This document shows, piece by piece, positions 48,257 to 53,009 of a stretch of 53,009 nt of DNA. A program made the position numbers and the translations under genes. Within the stretch, counting starts at the first letter, position 1. Each line of letters starts with the position of its first letter. Under the pieces are notes generated by a model. It made no database searches and was not told the origin of the DNA. It was given only the letters and a program-made list of their open reading frames with translations. The DNA is taken from the NCBI GenBank assembly GCA_002269645.1, contig NIVC01003475.1:43110-96118 (forward strand), written 5' to 3'. This stretch comes from Macrostomum lignano (Eukaryota).

Positions 48257-49257
48257 TCAACTCTCAGTATTTGGTTTCCCAGCTGCCGCTGAGGCGGCCG
48301 CCACAGCTGCAGCGGCGGCAGCGGCAGCTCCGATCAGCCGCCAGAACTCGACAATCTCTTGGCCCAGCTGCTGCTGCTGCTGCTGCTGCTGCTCCTGAAG
48401 CTGCTCCGTTGGCTTCATCATCAGAGGTGGTCCGTGACCTCGTTTCTTGAGATGACTGAGCAGCGAGTGCCGGTATTTAGTAGCGTAGCCGCAGTCTCGG
48501 CAGGTGAACTGCCTCTGAGTTGAATGCGACCTCTTGTGCGAATTCAGCATGCTGCGGTTCACGCACCTGTAGTTGCACTCGTCGCAGGCGAACGGCTTCT
48601 GGTTGCTATGGTTACGCTCAGGTGATGCCGGTGCTCGGTGACGAACTCGCAGCTGGGGCACTGCAGAGTTCGCTCCGGCCGCATGTGGCTGCGCGAGTGA
48701 CGCCACAACTCCGTCTTGGCAGAGGGTTCGGGATTTGGTTGAGATTAATTTAAATGAGAGATGCGGGGTTGGAGATGAAGGACCGTGAGATGAAGGACTG
48801 TGAGAAGGCAGGTAGAAGATCGCAGACAGACCCTATATTTGCACCCTGTCAATCAAGACATTCCCAGAGCATTCACACCACCCTGTCAATCAAGACATTC
48901 CCAGAGCATTCATACCACTCTGTCAATCAAGACATTCCCAGAGCATTCACACCACCCTGTCAATAAAGACATTCCCAGAGCATTCACACCACCCTGTCAA
49001 TCAAGACATTCCCAGAGCATTCACACCACCCTGTCAATCAAGACATTCCCAGAGCATTCACACCACCCTGTCAATCAAGACATTCCCAGAGCATTCACAC
49101 CACCCTGTCAATCAAGACATTCCCAGAGCATTCATACCTTGGTGCCGGCTTCAAACGGACACCTCCTGCAGCGGAACCGTTTGACAGCAGCTGCTGACAT
49201 CTCAGCTTCCAGGAGCTTCAGCAGTTGTTGGGCGACGAGATTTACAAAGATTGTTAC
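48257..49257 (-). pseudogene. hb: hunchback-like C2H2 zinc-finger gene, frameshifted in finger 2 as assembled (pseudogene or assembly error)
   Basis: Exon 49257-49138 (FRCRRCPFEAGTK) splices to exon 48714-48257 ([26 protein letters not shown] [frame shift] [45 protein letters not shown]). This matches Hunchback fingers 1-4 (CPFVTEFKHHLEYH, CVNKSMLNSH, YATKYCHS) recalled from memory. Confidence 0.8.
48845..49137. repeat. 37-bp minisatellite, about 8 copies, hunchback-like intron
   Basis: Minus-strand unit GTGTGAATGCTCTGGGAATGTCTTGATTGACAGGGTG. Confidence 0.95.
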
Positions 49258-50214
49258 CTGCGGTTGTTAAACACGCAGAGCTCCTTTATTATATAATCCT
49301 TCACAGGCTTTGGCTACGGTAATTAATCTTGGAGCGAGAGATGGCAGAGAGAAGCCGCAATTCAAAATAAAAGACACTTTGTCGAAAAATTTTCACCCGG
49401 CCAATCAAAAAATTCCGACCTTTCCTCCTGGCCAAAGAAGATCTCTGCAACAAGTTTCTATACTACAGAAGCAGAGTTTGCCAAAAGGAAAAACTTCAAG
49501 CACAGCGCACACATGGGCAGGCATGCGGGGGTAAAAAACCCCTATACAAGTCCGGCAGGTCAACAGCGGCCATTCGACCAGCAATATCATCTTAACAAAC
49601 TGCCGTTACACCAGTATATTGCACACCCCATTCCTCCTTATCAGCTCCGCTCGCATGCTGTTGCAGCACGCTGAAGAATCGCAGATGCAATATGTGTGTG
49701 GGTTTTTTGTTCAATGCAGAATCTACTTTTTTATGAAGTTTTTGAATCTGCTGGTGTGTTTTGTTTACATCAGGTGGCGCTCGCTCTAATTTACAATTCG
49801 TCAACACGGCCGTGAAATGTTGTGAAAGCTGTCGAGGCAGTTTATGGCAGTTAAAAAAGACGTTTTAAAAATTGGTTACTTTTTTCAGCTTGCAAACTTC
49901 GCAGCGGCTTCTGCTTTCTAGGAAAGGCCGAAATTCGTTTTGCAGCTGAATGGAAATGCCTGGGTTTTAAGTGTTGATGGATTTCAAATTAAGAAAGGCA
50001 CTATTTTCAAACATTTCCTACGCAATAAACTTATCGCATTTTAAGAGCTTTGCTAATGCCGACTCAGGTATTCGGTACTTGTTAGATTCGTGCGTTCAGT
50101 TGTGCTATGACGAGGTCAAATTAATTGTATTTTGAAGAGGTCCAGCCAGTCTGTTTAGAAGACAATCGATTTCAACTAGAAGGGGCCGCAAGCATAAGGT
50201 ATGCCATAGTTTTG

Positions 50215-50702
50215 TGTCTTGGTGGGCGCCCCTATCTCTTGTTGGTGGGCACCAGTGATTCTTGGTGGGCACCCCTGTCTCTTGGTGGGCACCCCTGTCT
50301 CTTGGTGGGCGCCCCTGTCTCTTGGTGGGCACCCCTGTCTCTTGGTGGGCGCCCCTGTCTCTTGGTGGGCACCCCTGTCTCTTGGTGGGTACCCCTGTCT
50401 CTTGGTGGGCGCCCCTGTCTCTTGGTGGGCGCCCCTGTCTCTTGATGGGCGCCCCTGTCTCTTGGTGGGCGCCCCTCTCTTGGTGGGCGCCCCTGTCTCT
50501 TGGTGGGCACCCCTGTCTCTTGATGGGCACCAGTGATTCTTGGTGGGCGCCCCTGTCTCTTGATGGGCACCACTGTCTCTTGGTGGGCACCCCTGTCTCT
50601 TGATGGGCACCAGTGATTCTTGGTGGGCGCCCCTGTCTCTTGATGGGCACCCCTGTCTCTTGATGGGCACCAGTGATTCTTGGTGGGCGCCCCTGTCTCT
50701 CT
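50215..50702. repeat. 20-bp GC-rich minisatellite
   Basis: CTTGGTGGGCRCCCCTGTCT units. Confidence 0.95.
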
Positions 50703-51529
50703 GGCCGGTGGATATCACGTTCAGGAGTAGCAAACGTTGAGCTCCTATCATTCGTCGAGCTTGATTGCCTCTTATATTTGGGGGTCCAATTTTAGAACCA
50801 TTTTAAACTAAATTGAACCTTTTTGTTATTTTTGAACAGTCATTTTCTAGCTACACTACTGCAAGTAGCTGCAAGCTATGAATTTCCTGTTTCTTTTTCA
50901 GATTCTTCTTTTCCTCTCTGTAGTTTAGTTAAGATCTATCAAAGCAGGCTTAAAAGAAATAGAGGCACGTTGTTCACCGATCGAGTTGAGATCGACCGAG
51001 CACGTAAAAATTGAGCAACTTGCATCAGCGGTAATACATCGATTGTTAACAACAATTTACTGTACAAACAAACGGTAACGGAAGATCGAGCAATATGCAT
51101 GCAAAATTAATATTCATAATTTATCAATACTTCTGCTTGCATTCGTACATGCAAAAAATTAAGCAGTTGACGCAGCTGCAGAAAAAATTGATTCTCCATA
51201 GCAACCAGAGAAGCATAAATTCGGCATTGATGTGCGAAGCGAAGCATGTAATCTACTTGTACTACGAGCGTAGTTCGAGTCATTCTGCCAATCTATTTGT
51301 TGTTGGAAAGCGCTTTTAGCTGATGCTTTAGCGTCACTGCGGATAAATATATTTGTGTCGAACTCAAAATTCCACCTGTAAATCTTCGATTGAACAACTA
51401 TTCCTGTTGTGTAGTGCCTGAGAATTTACCTTAGCAGAAATAATTTGATGACTTCTTCATAGAGCATGCAACAGAAGACATATCAATGGTGATGTGAAGC
51501 GGTGGAGGAGACACATTCCTGAGGACGAA

Positions 51530-52612
51530 GGCCATGAGGAGACGCATCGATGGGGAAGTGAACCAGGAGACACATCGATGGGGAAGTGAACCAGGAGACA
51601 CATCGATGGGAAAGTGAACCAGGAGACACATCGATGGGAAGTGAACCAGGAGACACATCGATGGGGATGTGAACCAGGAGACACATCAATGGGGGAGTGA
51701 ACCAGGAGACACATCGATGCGGAAGTGAACCAGGAGACACATCAATGGGAAGTGAACCAGGAGACACATCGATGGGGAAGTGAACCAGGAGACACACGAT
51801 GCGGAAGTGAACCAGGAGACACATCGATGGGGAAGTGAACCAGGAGACACATCGATGGGAAGTGAACCAGGAGACACATCGATGGGGAAGTGAACCAGGA
51901 GACACATCGATGGGGAAGTGAACCAGGAGACACATCAATGGGGAAGTGAACCAGGAGACACATCGATGCGGAAGTGAACCAGGAGACACATCAATGGGAA
52001 AGTGAACCAGGAGACACATCGATGGAAAGTGAACCAGGAGACACATCGATGGGGAAGTGAACCAGGAGACACATCGATGGGGAAGTGAACCAGGAGACAC
52101 ATCGATGGGAAAGTGAACCAGGAGACACATCAATGGGGAGTGAACCAGGAGACACATCAATGGGGGAGTGAACCAGGAGACACATCAATGGGAAGGTGAA
52201 CCAGGAGACACATCGATGGGAAAGTGAACCAGGAGACACATCGATGGGGAAGTGAACCAGGAGACACATCAATGGGGGAGTGAACCAGGAGACACATCGA
52301 TGGGGAAGTGAACCAGGAGACACATCGATGGGGAAGTGAACCAGGAGACACATCAATGGGGGAGTGAACCAGGAGACACATCGATGCGGAAGTGAACCAG
52401 GAGACACATCAATGGGAAAGTGAACCAGGAGACACATCGATGGAAAGTGAACCAGGAGACACATCGATGGGAAGTGAACCAGGAGACACATCAATGGGGG
52501 AGTGAACCAGGAGACACATCGATGGGGGAGTGAACCAGGAGACACATCGATGGGAGTGAACCAGGAGACACATCAATGGGGGAGTGAACCAGGAGACACA
52601 TTGATGGGGGAC
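51530..52612. repeat. 28-29 bp minisatellite
   Basis: GGGAAGTGAACCAGGAGACACATCRATG units. Confidence 0.96.
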
Positions 52613-52740
52613 AGCACCTTTGAGGTCCTACATGCGTAGAGTTCAGAGGGACACTGGGAAAAAGAGCATGAGCAGAACAAAGAGAGGCAAGGACGAAAGC
52701 ACAACCAACAATATCACTATGCAATAATTTCAACTGAAAA

Positions 52741-53009
52741 GTCTGTCTGTCGAGTCCTCAAACCCTCAATGCACTCCCGCAGTCGCTCTGAGCATCACTA
52801 GCTGGCTTAGCTCGCGCACCATGTCAAAGATTCGGCGATGTACTTCGACAGCTGGCCGGCCAGCTGCTGCTCCTGCCACTCGGCCGGCGCGTCTCCATGA
52901 CTGCCTTGGATGTGCGCAGAATAGCTTTGAGCTGGTGGCCCAGACGGCTGATCAGATGTTCTAGGGCGGACTTCAACTGCAGCCGAGTGCAGGCCTTCGT
53001 GTAGCATGG
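52741..53009 (-). other. Coding-like GC-rich segment of unidentified gene, truncated by the window edge, apparently split across frames
   Basis: CTG/GAG-rich codons and helical-looking peptides in three frames (LKSALEHLISRLGHQLKAIL; EWQEQQLAGQLSKYIAE; IFDMVRELSQLVML; ERLRECIEGLR). No family recognised. Confidence 0.3.

Noticed and set aside
49310-49700. Short ORFs faintly resembling a hAT/TTF-type domain
   Set aside because: Similarity too weak to support and conserved Trp/Cys residues not found.
50105-52733. Multiple HQETGAP and CLLVHFP repeat ORFs
   Set aside because: Artefacts of 20-bp and 28-29-bp minisatellites, which cycle through frames.

Overview
This is a eukaryotic (animal) genomic window. 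GC-rich exons with poly-Ala/Gln tracts and a tandem repeat in nearly every intron resemble the flatworm Macrostomum; that species call is inference only. Three intron-containing genes were reconstructed by hand from GT-AG junctions and phase matching. (1) A Son-of-sevenless-like RasGEF on the minus strand: 14 coding exons, 3551-18856, about 1429 aa from the most conservative ATG, with histone-fold, DH, PH, REM, Cdc25 and proline-rich tail. (2) A Na+/Ca2+ exchanger (NCX/SLC8 family) on the plus strand: 7 coding exons, 33160-46040, 809 aa. (3) A hunchback-like C2H2 zinc-finger gene on the minus strand, 48257-49257, with an apparent 10-nt frameshifting deletion in finger 2. Between and within the genes are two internally deleted Tc1-like elements, two copies of a hAT-like MITE, and about 30 distinct mini/microsatellite arrays. 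Most ORFs in the supplied track are repeat artefacts. The most interesting signals are: a SOS whose catalytic helical hairpin has lost the F929-equivalent while allosteric-site residues are kept; intronic minisatellites whose units are copies of the adjacent splice site; an NCX lacking the XIP segment; and the broken hunchback finger. There is no evidence for prokaryotic systems, CRISPR, rRNA or intact tRNA genes.
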